A stretch of DNA of 33,622 nucleotides. Source: a virus (taxonomy: Duplodnaviria > Caudoviricetes). Position 1 is the stretch's first letter, and each line of letters opens with the position of its first letter. The position numbers and the translations under genes were made by a program. Positions 8,441 to 17,061 of the stretch are shown here, piece by piece. The notes under the pieces were generated by a model. It searched no databases. It was not told where the DNA came from and was given only the letters and a program-made list of their open reading frames with translations. The DNA lies in the IMG/VR virus record IMGVR_UViG_3300027994_000012, positions 1 through 33,622 of that record, one strand, 5' to 3'.

Positions 8441-9266
8441 GTATTAAGCCGTCACTACCACAACCAATGCCAATACCCAATAGTAAATTGACACTACATG
8501 ATGGGGGTTGCACGCCAGTGCCGCTATTGCCACCGCTGCTCGAGCCACCCGACGTATTGCCGCTGTTTGAATTGCCACCGTTGTTCGATGGCGTTTGGCT
8601 CGTATTATTATTGGTGATCGGCACGCTTGGCACCGCGAGGCTGTTGTTTTGTGGGGCGTTGATGTTGCCCCCTGCATCGGCACGCTCTTGTCGCGCACTC
8701 TCGAGCTGTTGCTCTAAATCTTTAATGCGGCTGTCGACGTCTTGCGGCTGGCTGTATATGCGGTATCGGTTGCTCGTTTTGCATTGCTCTTTTTCATATC
8801 CATATTTGACGGTGAAACGCACACAAAAGCCCATCTCGTATGTACCGACGTTGTGCTTGAAATCAGATGCGCGTATGACTTTGTTTTCACACTCGTTTTG
8901 AATGGTGCCGCCAATGTCACGGCTGTACACTTGAGCCTTGCTCTCTTCGGGCTTGTCGGCATTTGCAATAATGTAAATACTCAAGTCACCATCGTACTGA
9001 ATATTGCTCACACGATCACGGCAAACTTTGAAATACACATCTTCGTTTTCTCGCGCATTTTGTACACTAAACTCGGTATATTTTAAGAAATTGTCAGCTG
9101 GCGCGTCACGATAGCTTTTTTGGTCAATTAGTATTGCCACCTGCGACAATATGAAAGCAAAAATGATTACAGGTACCAGTTTTATCATAACGGCTCTGAA
9201 AATGCCGTATATGCGTGCTAGGCGCAATTGTGCTGTTTCTGATAGTGTTACGCGTGGTATTTTCAT
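8433..9266 (-). CDS. Membrane-anchored protein (TM, Cys-containing domain, coiled coil, G/S/N-rich linker)
   Basis: 277 aa; hydrophobic LVPVIIFAFILSQVAILI; six Cys; low-complexity C-terminal linker. Confidence 0.75.
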   Translation of the reverse strand: MKIPRVTLSETAQLRLARIYGIFRAVMIKLVPVIIFAFILSQVAILIDQKSYRDAPADNFLKYTEFSVQNARENEDVYFKVCRDRVSNIQYDGDLSIYIIANADKPEESKAQVYSRDIGGTIQNECENKVIRASDFKHNVGTYEMGFCVRFTVKYGYEKEQCKTSNRYRIYSQPQDVDSRIKDLEQQLESARQERADAGGNINAPQNNSLAVPSVPITNNNTSQTPSNNGGNSNSGNTSGGSSSGGNSGTGVQPPSCSVNLLLGIGIGCGSDGLIRL

Positions 9267-9268
9267 GA

Positions 9269-9526
9269 TTACTTTTTCCTGCCTGTGAAAAACGCTTTAA
9301 TTAGCTCGATAAATTGCTCGGGTGACAAGCCGATCGCAACGCCCATCAAGCCAGCTGGTATCCATACTGGTATGGCGGTTTCGCTCTTGACTAATTGGCT
9401 TACGATCACAATTGCGACAACACCAATAATAGCAACAATTTGCAAGATGCGTGCAAAATTATCAACACGCTCTTGTTGCTGCTCTATGATCTGCTGCTTA
9501 TTTTGTTTTTTTGGCTTTGCCGTCAT
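9269..9526 (-). CDS. Two-TM holin-like membrane protein
   Basis: 85 aa, two hydrophobic segments, basic termini. Confidence 0.6.
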   Translation of the reverse strand: MTAKPKKQNKQQIIEQQQERVDNFARILQIVAIIGVVAIVIVSQLVKSETAIPVWIPAGLMGVAIGLSPEQFIELIKAFFTGRKK

Positions 9527-9620
9527 GCTTTCTTACCCACATCCACATTTCATATTTTGTAACCAGACCACATATGTAGCCTAGTGCAAAAGCGAGTAAT
9601 ATAAAAAGCATATCGTTCAT
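9498..9620 (-). CDS. Small single-TM protein (40 aa)
   Basis: Below ORF-track cutoff; MNDMLFILLAFALGYICGLVTKYEMWMWVRKHDGKAKKTK. Confidence 0.5.
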   Translation of the reverse strand: MNDMLFILLAFALGYICGLVTKYEMWMWVRKHDGKAKKTK

Positions 9621-9679
9621 ACTCTCACCCTACACGCTTTTGCTTATTGTGGCTGTATATATTCTCACACATATGAGGT

Positions 9680-9892
9680 CTATTTTTCTAGGTTTACGCC
9701 GTACATTGCGGCAATTGATGGGTTGTCGACAAAGTACGCCAGAGCTTTTTTACGAGCCTCTGGCACGGTCTTTGCCTCAATATCCAATACCAAGTTTAGA
9801 GAGTCAGTAAAATCAAAACGTATGATTGAGCTGTCTTTTAAATTATCAGCTTTTGCGGTTTTGACTGTTTCTTGTAATTCTTTAAGTTTCAT
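9680..9892 (-). CDS. Hypothetical protein (70 aa)
   Basis: ATG 9892 preceded by AAATGGAG. Confidence 0.65.
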   Translation of the reverse strand: MKLKELQETVKTAKADNLKDSSIIRFDFTDSLNLVLDIEAKTVPEARKKALAYFVDNPSIAAMYGVNLEK

Positions 9893-9911
9893 ATCATTAC
9901 TCCATTTACTT

Positions 9912-11165
9912 TTATAGATACGCCGATCGAGCAAAGATCAGAGTTGGCATCAAATCATTACCTGTTGAGTTGTAAAATGCGATCTGCGTGTTTCCAGCTT
10001 GGTTACATTTCATCAATAGGTAAAAGATCGTGTCAGCGGTGAGCGTCTTTGTCTTTTTCGGGTTCTTGTGAACTGGTGCCATGACTTCGGTTGCCGATGT
10101 ATATTCAATAGCGTTGTAATCGGTATCGGTGACAGAGTTTGTCGATGTACTCAGTGTGCTATATGACCAACAGACAGGTGCGCTACCGCGTACAGTCCAT
10201 GGGTTAGCCTCATAGCCCATTTCCCATTTACCACGAGGTATAGTGGCTGTGATGCCGCCGATATTATACCAAGTGCTTGCCGCTGGCGATGCTTGCGTAA
10301 GCGTTGCCGCGTATGTATACCTGAGTGTGTATTTATCTGGGTCAGAGTCAAAGCCAGTCGGTCGAGGGTGCAAGCTAAATACTGGCGATGAGATCGTTTG
10401 GTTTACGAGTGTAAAGTCGCTGTTCAAGAAAACAAATATTTGAGTTGATGTGACATCGTGAATGATGCCTTGTTTCGTACCGCCAGTTGTTTGGCTGAAT
10501 TGTACACGCGCACCTTTTGGCAAATAGCTTGTCAGATCAGTGGTGGTGTTAATGACCGCCATTTTTGTCGTGCTGTTGTATGCACTAAATGATAGCGTCG
10601 CAAGTGCGCTCAGATCGAGCCAGTCGTTTTGGAAACTTCGACGCTGCGCCGCTGTTAAGTTTGGCGCCAACAGACTTCGGCGATCGGTGAATGTCATACC
10701 GCTGTTATTGGTCGCATTTTGTGGCACGAAAACATCCCACAATACCATGTACGGCTTACCAGCTCCGATGGCTGCCGCGATTGCCGAGCCAGTCGGTGCG
10801 GCTGGTGATGCCGCTGCCGTGCCAGCGACTACAACAAACTTTAGAATGTCATTAGTGTTGTCGGTGACTGAGGTTGTTGGCGATACTGCCGTGTCGATGT
10901 ATGCGATGACGCTATCGATGCGATTGAATGATGCGCTTGCGGCTGGTACTGTGACGCTCTCGGTTGCATCTGTTGCAATGCGTCGTGCGATGGTGTCACT
11001 AATAAGACCAGCACCAGTCGAGATATTGAGGTTCATGCCACTACCAGCGCTTAATACAAAGCTCGTTAAACTGGCAACACATGAGCCATACGCCCACTTT
11101 TCTAATTCTGTATATGCGGCTGCACTGTGCTTGCCGCCCTGCATGTTAAATACTTTTTTACTCAC
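9912..11165 (-). CDS. Tail fibre/receptor-binding-like structural protein
   Basis: N-terminal GMNLNISTG..RIDSVIAYID..VVAGT..FTDRR segment typical of siphophage baseplate-attached fibres; S/T-rich beta C-terminus. Confidence 0.65.
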   Translation of the reverse strand: MSKKVFNMQGGKHSAAAYTELEKWAYGSCVASLTSFVLSAGSGMNLNISTGAGLISDTIARRIATDATESVTVPAASASFNRIDSVIAYIDTAVSPTTSVTDNTNDILKFVVVAGTAAASPAAPTGSAIAAAIGAGKPYMVLWDVFVPQNATNNSGMTFTDRRSLLAPNLTAAQRRSFQNDWLDLSALATLSFSAYNSTTKMAVINTTTDLTSYLPKGARVQFSQTTGGTKQGIIHDVTSTQIFVFLNSDFTLVNQTISSPVFSLHPRPTGFDSDPDKYTLRYTYAATLTQASPAASTWYNIGGITATIPRGKWEMGYEANPWTVRGSAPVCWSYSTLSTSTNSVTDTDYNAIEYTSATEVMAPVHKNPKKTKTLTADTIFYLLMKCNQAGNTQIAFYNSTGNDLMPTLIFARSAYL

Positions 11166-11575
11166 GAGTACAGCTCCTTTCGAGTTGTTGAAATACTATT
11201 TAATGATTGACTACCCGACAGCCCAATTTCAGCGAGATCAGATTTTTTAAACCATAAATCGCCGCTCGGGTTCGTGAATGTAATGTTTTGCGAGTACGGA
11301 CCAGCTGTAATTTGTTCGCTGTTCACTGGCGCTTGATCGATCGGCGTACTGATCGCTCGCTTGACCGCCTCCATGATGACATACTGCACATTTGATTTAT
11401 AAATCTCGCTTGCGCCGACCTTTTCATCGAGATTGATGCCGATTTTTTCAGCCATGCCGCGCAAACGGTTGCTCGCTACTAGCAATAAAGTTGTTGCTCG
11501 AGTTTTTTCGGTATCAGTAAGTGGGCGCCAAAACGCCTCAAGCTCTGCAACGGTGACAAGTGTTTCTAAAGCCAC
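11162..11575 (-). CDS. Head-tail adaptor (Gp19/Gp15/Gp42-like)
   Basis: ELEAFWRPLTDTEKTRATTLL..TAGPYSQ..NPSGDLW..IGL motifs. Confidence 0.85.
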   Translation of the reverse strand: MALETLVTVAELEAFWRPLTDTEKTRATTLLLVASNRLRGMAEKIGINLDEKVGASEIYKSNVQYVIMEAVKRAISTPIDQAPVNSEQITAGPYSQNITFTNPSGDLWFKKSDLAEIGLSGSQSLNSISTTRKELYS

Positions 11576-11577
11576 GG

Positions 11578-12906
11578 TTACGCACCTCCCTGCATAAAGC
11601 TATTAGTTTTCGCCGCCGCACGAGCCGCCATAAGCTTTTCAGCCTGTCGTATGTTAATACCGAGCATCTGGTAAACCTCTGGCGTACCCATAAGCTCTGG
11701 CAATGCCGTGTTGAGCTTACCGATCGCGTCACCAGCGGCGCCGATGTCGACCTGAAATATTGACTCCCATGCTGGTACGATTTCCTTGAGCGCTGTTGGC
11801 ACTTCGGCGATTTGCTGCGTTTCCATGTACAGGGTTGTGACAAGTTGCTTGATCTGCTCGCCCATTTCTTTTTGGCTATTCTTTGCCTCGAGCAATAGGT
11901 CGTCAGACATCGCGCTCAAGCTTTCAGCACTGGTCGGGTTGCCAGTTTCATAACCAAGGTTGCGTAATGTGAGTGCTGTTTCTGCACAAAAATCTCGTGC
12001 TTTGTCTTTCTTCGCACCTATAAAGCCATCGATACTCATTTGCTGCAATTGGTCGACCTTTGGCGCGTCGCCATCTTCGTCTTTAGTGATCGCCCACACT
12101 AAACCGATGGCGCTGTCGAGGTTTGAGTCTTTTTCGGCACCTTGGGCAAGACCTGTGATGTATCGTTGCGGCAATGCGTAAAACTCTTCGGCAATTTCTT
12201 CGCGCACCTTGAGTCGTGACACCTCTTGAATAATGCGGCGCACCGTATTTGTAATGCGACCTTTACCGAGTGGTCGATTTGCACTCGAGCCGTGGGTAAT
12301 TCTGTGTAGTTGAGTTCGTTTTGATGAATTAAAGTATATGTCGCACAATGTACGATTTTCAAAAACAGCCGTGAACTCTGGTAAGAATAGTACAAAATCA
12401 AGAGCCGTCAGCACTTGCTTGTATCGCCCATCGTTTGGCAAGCCCCAACGAGTGATAGCCAGACCAGATGAAAGCAAACCAGTCGTCATATCGACGGTGC
12501 CAGTTGCCTCGAGTGCGGTAAACGGTACGATTACCTTTTTGCCATTACCATTGTCTGAAACAGCTGCAAATGCGACACCGACAATGAACGCATCCTCTTT
12601 GACGTTGTTTATCGTAACGGTGCCATTGATGTCGTCGAGCATTGCATTGATGCCAGCTTTATCATTTGCAAAGCCGTCAAACACGACACGATCTGAAAGC
12701 GTATTGACTGCACGTTTAGCCCAACCGATGCCAGGCTGGTGTTTTTTCATCTTACGAGGTGTCGAGATGCCAAAATCATGAACATCGTTGTCGGCGTCGT
12801 AATAATCGTACTTGTCTTGTACGTTCGGCGCACGAGTACCCAACTTATTGAGTAGGTCTTTGGCTGTGCTTTCCGCGAGATCGATTATCAGTTCGTCGGT
12901 GTTCAT
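11578..12906 (-). CDS. Portal protein (SPP1 gp6-like, r1t type)
   Basis: GWAKRAVNTLSDRVVFDGF, RPLGKGRI, AEEFYALPQRYITG, NPTSAESL; start set to ATG 12906 with AAAGGA SD. Confidence 0.92.
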   Translation of the reverse strand: MNTDELIIDLAESTAKDLLNKLGTRAPNVQDKYDYYDADNDVHDFGISTPRKMKKHQPGIGWAKRAVNTLSDRVVFDGFANDKAGINAMLDDINGTVTINNVKEDAFIVGVAFAAVSDNGNGKKVIVPFTALEATGTVDMTTGLLSSGLAITRWGLPNDGRYKQVLTALDFVLFLPEFTAVFENRTLCDIYFNSSKRTQLHRITHGSSANRPLGKGRITNTVRRIIQEVSRLKVREEIAEEFYALPQRYITGLAQGAEKDSNLDSAIGLVWAITKDEDGDAPKVDQLQQMSIDGFIGAKKDKARDFCAETALTLRNLGYETGNPTSAESLSAMSDDLLLEAKNSQKEMGEQIKQLVTTLYMETQQIAEVPTALKEIVPAWESIFQVDIGAAGDAIGKLNTALPELMGTPEVYQMLGINIRQAEKLMAARAAAKTNSFMQGGA

Positions 12907-12921
12907 GGTTTCCTTTTTCAA

Positions 12922-12950
12922 AACCAGTTTTACCGCAACTGTTGGCGTGC
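12922..12950 (-). repeat. 29-bp leader element, copy 2 (portal 5' UTR)
   Basis: Identical to 6442-6470. Confidence 0.95.
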
Positions 12951-12967
12951 CTTTGATATTTGATTAT

Positions 12968-12976
12968 ATTATAGCA
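12968..12976 (-). promoter_or_regulatory. Extended -10 promoter for portal block
   Basis: TGC-TATAAT upstream of the 29-bp element. Confidence 0.68.
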
Positions 12977-12983
12977 GATATTG

Positions 12984-13430
12984 CTATTTTACCATAAGTT
13001 TCTTGCGCGGCTTTCGCTTGGCTCGGACCGCCTCGAGTTCCGCACCCATGACATCGCTTTCAAGCTCGGTCAATCGTACAAATGCGCCAGCTTTTTTCGG
13101 TCGAAATGCTGCTTGCACCGCGATCATTGGCACCTCTTGCCATTTGTCATCGCGCAATACCATGCCCTCGACGAGCATATCCAAAATGCTAGTGAGCTTG
13201 TTATCGAGGTCAGCACGCGTGTCGGTGGCAAAATAAATGATCACTTCGAGCGACACTGGTTTGTAAAACCTTTTTTGCGTTTGTATACGCACCTGTTTTA
13301 AAGCGTCGTTTTGCCAGTCGGCAAATGCCTTGCTCGGAAATGATTTACCATCTTTGGTATTGATGCGCGAGTTTTTTTTGCTCGGCACGCTGCCATCAAG
13401 TACCAGCTCAACGATCAGAGGGTTTGACAT
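12984..13430 (-). CDS. rusA: RusA-family Holliday junction resolvase
   Basis: VPSKKNS..ADLDNKLTSILDML..LRDDK catalytic motifs. Confidence 0.88.
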   Translation of the reverse strand: MSNPLIVELVLDGSVPSKKNSRINTKDGKSFPSKAFADWQNDALKQVRIQTQKRFYKPVSLEVIIYFATDTRADLDNKLTSILDMLVEGMVLRDDKWQEVPMIAVQAAFRPKKAGAFVRLTELESDVMGAELEAVRAKRKPRKKLMVK

Positions 13431-13950
13431 AATTTTTCAACAGTCCATTTCGTGAGCCATAACCCGACGTCGTGATCTTGCCATCACAACCGCCGTGGCG
13501 CTCAAATACGCTGCTGTCTGGGTCGGTGTATGTGCCAGCTTTCGAGCGGCACCATTTGCAACAGTCGGCGCTCTCGGTTCGTGTGACCGTCGGGCGCTTG
13601 CCATTTTCTCGAGCGTTACGCACCGCGTCGCGCTGCGCCATGCCGATCGTATTGTCGATAAAGTTTTTGACATACTCATCGATACCGAGCGTGCCTGTTG
13701 CGACTGACGCGCTTGCCACTTTTGCCAACCCATAAAATCGATTATCGATGCCGTCGCCGATCGTGTTGGCGATCTGCATATCAAATGCGTTCATGTCGTA
13801 TATTTTTGCGTAAACGGCTGCGCCCACGGTTTCAAATAATATCTCTTGGTTGCGCTGACGGACCGCTGGCGCAATCTCTGGGTTGTTGATTACCAGCATT
13901 GCGGCGATCACTTTATCGAGGATGGTGCGAGTAAACTTTGAATAGTCCAT
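13408..13950 (-). CDS. Minor capsid/capsid maturation protein (VG15/MuF-like)
   Basis: CCKWCRSKAGTY..FERHGGCD motif; start at ATG 13950 overlapping upstream stop. Confidence 0.7.
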   Translation of the reverse strand: MDYSKFTRTILDKVIAAMLVINNPEIAPAVRQRNQEILFETVGAAVYAKIYDMNAFDMQIANTIGDGIDNRFYGLAKVASASVATGTLGIDEYVKNFIDNTIGMAQRDAVRNARENGKRPTVTRTESADCCKWCRSKAGTYTDPDSSVFERHGGCDGKITTSGYGSRNGLLKNYVKPSDR

Positions 13951-14276
13951 TATGAAAAATCCCAACTATCGATAGTTGATTTGACGTCATCGATGAGGCG
14001 AGATGCCTTGTCAATGCGTTTTTGGCTGTACTGCGTGGCGCGTGCTGGCTCTTTGGCTGCCGATAGGGTATCAATGAGCTTTGAGGCTTGTAAGTCGGTC
14101 AGAGCGTTCGTAATCTCGGCGATCGATTGTGCTTTTTCGACGATCGTTGCATCTTCACCGACGATACCACTTGAAATTACAAGTTCCTTTACCTCTTTGA
14201 ACTCTTTTGTTTTTGCAACAGCAAGATCGGCGATATAACTACTTTGGGCTTGGCTCGACACTTTGTTTTTCTCCAT
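13950..14276 (-). CDS. Hypothetical protein (108 aa, helical)
   Basis: ATG 14276; coupled to neighbours. Confidence 0.6.
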   Translation of the reverse strand: MEKNKVSSQAQSSYIADLAVAKTKEFKEVKELVISSGIVGEDATIVEKAQSIAEITNALTDLQASKLIDTLSAAKEPARATQYSQKRIDKASRLIDDVKSTIDSWDFS

Positions 14277-14496
14277 CCTCGACAACTTCACCCTCTTGTG
14301 CAAGCACTTCTCGGGGTACTTCGCTCTCGCTAATATCGATTACCGCGCCCTCAATCTCAACGCGTAAATGAAACTTGCCATCAGTGTCGATGTATCGTTT
14401 CATTGGCGGCAAGTATACCCAACCCTCTGGCTGTTTACCCTCTTCAAACTGCTTGATTTCGCCGCCTTGTTCGTTGATATAGTTTGCTTTTGTCAT
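14239..14496 (-). CDS. Hypothetical acidic protein (85 aa), probably leaderless
   Basis: TGC-TAATAT six nt before the ATG. Confidence 0.65.
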   Translation of the reverse strand: MTKANYINEQGGEIKQFEEGKQPEGWVYLPPMKRYIDTDGKFHLRVEIEGAVIDISESEVPREVLAQEGEVVEDGEKQSVEPSPK

Positions 14497-14525
14497 GTGC
14501 CTATATTAGCATAAAAGTTTTACAA

Positions 14526-14552
14526 CAAAAAGCGCTCGATTTCTCGAGCGCT
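14526..14552 (-). terminator. Intrinsic terminator after major capsid gene
   Basis: AGCGCTCGA-GAAA-TCGAGCGCT followed by T tract. Confidence 0.85.
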
Positions 14553-14572
14553 CCCTGTGTTGACCAGATCGA

Positions 14573-15487
14573 TTAAGATGCTGGGGTTGCTTTGACGATT
14601 GCGAAAGCGCGTGGGTCGACAAAGGCAAAACCGAGGTAAGCCTCTGCGCGAATAGCGATTTCGTTAAGTTCCTGCAAGTCACCCATGCCGTCTGGGTTAC
14701 CGTACTCAATTGTCTTGAGTGGCACTGTACGAGCAACACCCCATACAAATGCGCGGAAATCACCCATGATAGCCTTTACGAGTGGCGTATCAAGCTCTTG
14801 GCGACCACTTACTGTGTCGCTAGATGCTGCACGCAAACCTTGGAAACTTTCGACGTTGAAACCAAAGCCAAGCTCTGGGTACTTTTGGCGATCGTTGCCA
14901 TCTTCAACCTGTGCAAGCTGACCAGCAAACTGTGGATCAAACGCAATCGCTGTCGCGTTGTAACCCTCTGTCTGCAAAGCTGTTGCCATTGCACGCACGT
15001 TAGCATCTTTGGCTGATGTTTCAGTGATAACGTGACCCTCTGGCAAGAAACCATCTTTATCAAGGTATTCAGACACGAGGTTTGAAACCTGACCAGTGAT
15101 AGGGTTTACACCGTGAATTGCAATGAGGTCGAGCGCTCGAGAAAGACCCTCACCGACGCGAGCAACGAGTGCATCGACAAGACCGATTTGGTAATCTTCA
15201 TCTTCGTACTTAACTTCATCACTAAATCGATAGGTGATTTGGACCTTGTAAGTTTTGGCTGTTGCCTTGGTTGGCTTACCGTCCATTGAAACCTTTTGAC
15301 CACTCTCACCAACCAGTTGAGCTTTCGCTGCATCTAGGAAAGTAAAGATGTTGGTATCACCGACTTTGATTTCTGGGTCGGCTGCGGCGAGCTGTGATAG
15401 CACACCTGTTTTTACTGCCTTGCGCCAAATACCTTTTTTCTGGTGGGCTGCAAGGTCAAGTTCGGATGTATTTAAAACCTCTGACAC
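14573..15487 (-). CDS. Major capsid protein (HK97 fold)
   Basis: AQLVGESGQK, RFSDEV, RALDLIAIHG, IMGDF, DLQELNEIAIRAEAYLGF..AFA motifs; AAAGGAG SD; ends ..TPAS. Confidence 0.95.
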   Translation of the reverse strand: MSEVLNTSELDLAAHQKKGIWRKAVKTGVLSQLAAADPEIKVGDTNIFTFLDAAKAQLVGESGQKVSMDGKPTKATAKTYKVQITYRFSDEVKYEDEDYQIGLVDALVARVGEGLSRALDLIAIHGVNPITGQVSNLVSEYLDKDGFLPEGHVITETSAKDANVRAMATALQTEGYNATAIAFDPQFAGQLAQVEDGNDRQKYPELGFGFNVESFQGLRAASSDTVSGRQELDTPLVKAIMGDFRAFVWGVARTVPLKTIEYGNPDGMGDLQELNEIAIRAEAYLGFAFVDPRAFAIVKATPAS

Positions 15488-15523
15488 GATATTCTCCTTT
15501 GTGAGAATTAAAATATATTATCG

Positions 15524-15997
15524 TCAGGCTTTTTTACGACCAAATAATTCACCAGCGATACGCTTGTTATCAGACTTTTTCTCGTCTGGTTTGTCTTTCT
15601 TATCGATGTGTACGCCTGTTGGTTTGACGCCGCTTGCCAGCTTTTCAGCTCGTTTGCGCATCTCATCCGCGTTTTCACCTGTGACAAACTCTGCCATATC
15701 GTCTTTGAGTCCAAACTCGTTGATGATCTTTACCTTGTCGACTTCGAGTTGAGCGCCAGTCAATTTCTTAACTAGATCGTCTTTTTCCGTGGTTGCTGCC
15801 GTGAGCTTTGTTTCAAAGTCTGTGACTTTCGTTTTCAGATCGTCATAATCTGCAAACTTTGATCGCTCATTTTCACGCGCACGCTCGAGCCTCTTGGTTA
15901 GCCATGGCACATCGCCAGCTATCTCATCAATTTGCTCTTCGCTAAATGAGTCAACTTTCTTGAACTCATCGCCCTCTTTGGTAAAATACTCAGCCAT
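15524..15997 (-). CDS. Capsid scaffolding protein
   Basis: Directly upstream of capsid; KRLERARE..KFADYDDLK..TGENADEMRKRAEKL. Confidence 0.88.
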   Translation of the reverse strand: MAEYFTKEGDEFKKVDSFSEEQIDEIAGDVPWLTKRLERARENERSKFADYDDLKTKVTDFETKLTAATTEKDDLVKKLTGAQLEVDKVKIINEFGLKDDMAEFVTGENADEMRKRAEKLASGVKPTGVHIDKKDKPDEKKSDNKRIAGELFGRKKA

Positions 15998-16048
15998 AAT
16001 TTCCGTTTTTCCTTTCCAGACCGTCGCCTGTGTTTCTGACTTACTTAA

Positions 16049-16062
16049 ATAATAGCATAAAC
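16049..16062 (-). promoter_or_regulatory. Extended -10 promoter for scaffold-capsid
   Basis: GTTTA-TGC-TATTAT. Confidence 0.62.
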
Positions 16063-16098
16063 AATTTGTTCAAACAAATATCACAACGAACACATTTT

Positions 16099-16455
16099 TT
16101 ACATACGATAATTGACGTCGCAATATACTTGGTATCGCCAATACTTGGTGAGCGTGTCATCAAGTCGCACTGTTGAGTTTACTGCCGCATGTTCGACGTT
16201 ATGTACCAGCTCAAGCTCTTTGATTTTATTGCCGATTGTGAGTGCAAGCTCTTTGGCTGCACGGCGGCTGTTTTTGTCGTATACCTCGATAAGTATTTCG
16301 GCACGATCAAGCACCATCGCCTCGCGTGGACCGCCAGTACGGTCAAGCAAGATATATTTTTCAGGCACGTTGTCTGGCTTTTGAGTGAACGGCTTTACGT
16401 CACTAGGCAACCAGCCTTTGAGCCATAGCAATACAGCATCTTCAACATCAATCAT
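16099..16455 (-). CDS. Tail terminator protein
   Basis: ILLDRTGGP..LDRAEILIEVY..RYQV motifs; start ATG 16455 (ATGA overlap). Confidence 0.8.
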   Translation of the reverse strand: MIDVEDAVLLWLKGWLPSDVKPFTQKPDNVPEKYILLDRTGGPREAMVLDRAEILIEVYDKNSRRAAKELALTIGNKIKELELVHNVEHAAVNSTVRLDDTLTKYWRYQVYCDVNYRM

Positions 16456-16787
16456 TGCGTAATTACCTCTGCGCGAAAGTACCTGTTCCATCGCGTCGGC
16501 GTATTCTCGGGCATAAAGACCACACTATCGCTGTCAACTTCAAAAAGCTTGCCGTCGTAACCGACAGTCGAGTTCGATACATCGCCGCTGAATAGCTTTG
16601 GCAAGTGTATGCGCATTTGTATGCGGCTCTGGCTGATGGCTTGCTGCTCGCGTGCCGTGCTTGGTTCAGTAATGGGTGCGATCAAACAATCGTCGACACT
16701 GATTTGCTGCAATTCCGTGATCGGCTCGTTAAACTCATTGAGTCCAACCTCAACTTGCTTATTAAATATCAGTGTCATACCCTTCAT
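16452..16787 (-). CDS. Head closure (stopper) protein
   Basis: MKGMT..NEFNEPI..VDDCLIAP..IHLPK..PTRWN; TGG-TAAAAT six nt upstream (leaderless). Confidence 0.8.
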   Translation of the reverse strand: MKGMTLIFNKQVEVGLNEFNEPITELQQISVDDCLIAPITEPSTAREQQAISQSRIQMRIHLPKLFSGDVSNSTVGYDGKLFEVDSDSVVFMPENTPTRWNRYFRAEVITQ

Positions 16788-16856
16788 GCGTTAATTTTAC
16801 CACAAAACTGCTTGTGCAAAAACGCCTTGTCACAAATCGTTCCCAAAAATTTGCCA

Positions 16857-16922
16857 TTTATACAGCGGAGTCTACAAATTGAAAAAGAAAGGGCGCCCTC
16901 CCCCCCGTTATTTTATACAGCG
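16857..16922. other. Candidate cos/packaging site
   Basis: 11-bp direct repeats TTTATACAGCG (16857, 16912) flanking palindrome AGGGCGCCCT (16890-16899) and a C7 tract, in the divergent intergenic region. Confidence 0.4.
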
Positions 16923-17061
16923 ATGCAAAGTGATGAGGTTATGATTTTTAATAATTAGAATACATTTTTTATTCACTTTTGTTTTGCGTTGACTGGCTGG
17001 GTTAGACAATGGCACGCTATGATATTATTAGATCAAACAACAATCGAAATGGAGATTAAAA

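Noticed and set aside
151-16958. Many plus-strand ORFs (e.g. 4852-5370, 8419-8901, 10540-11250, 12338-12781)
   Set aside because: Antisense shadows of well-supported minus-strand genes, with no motifs or SDs.
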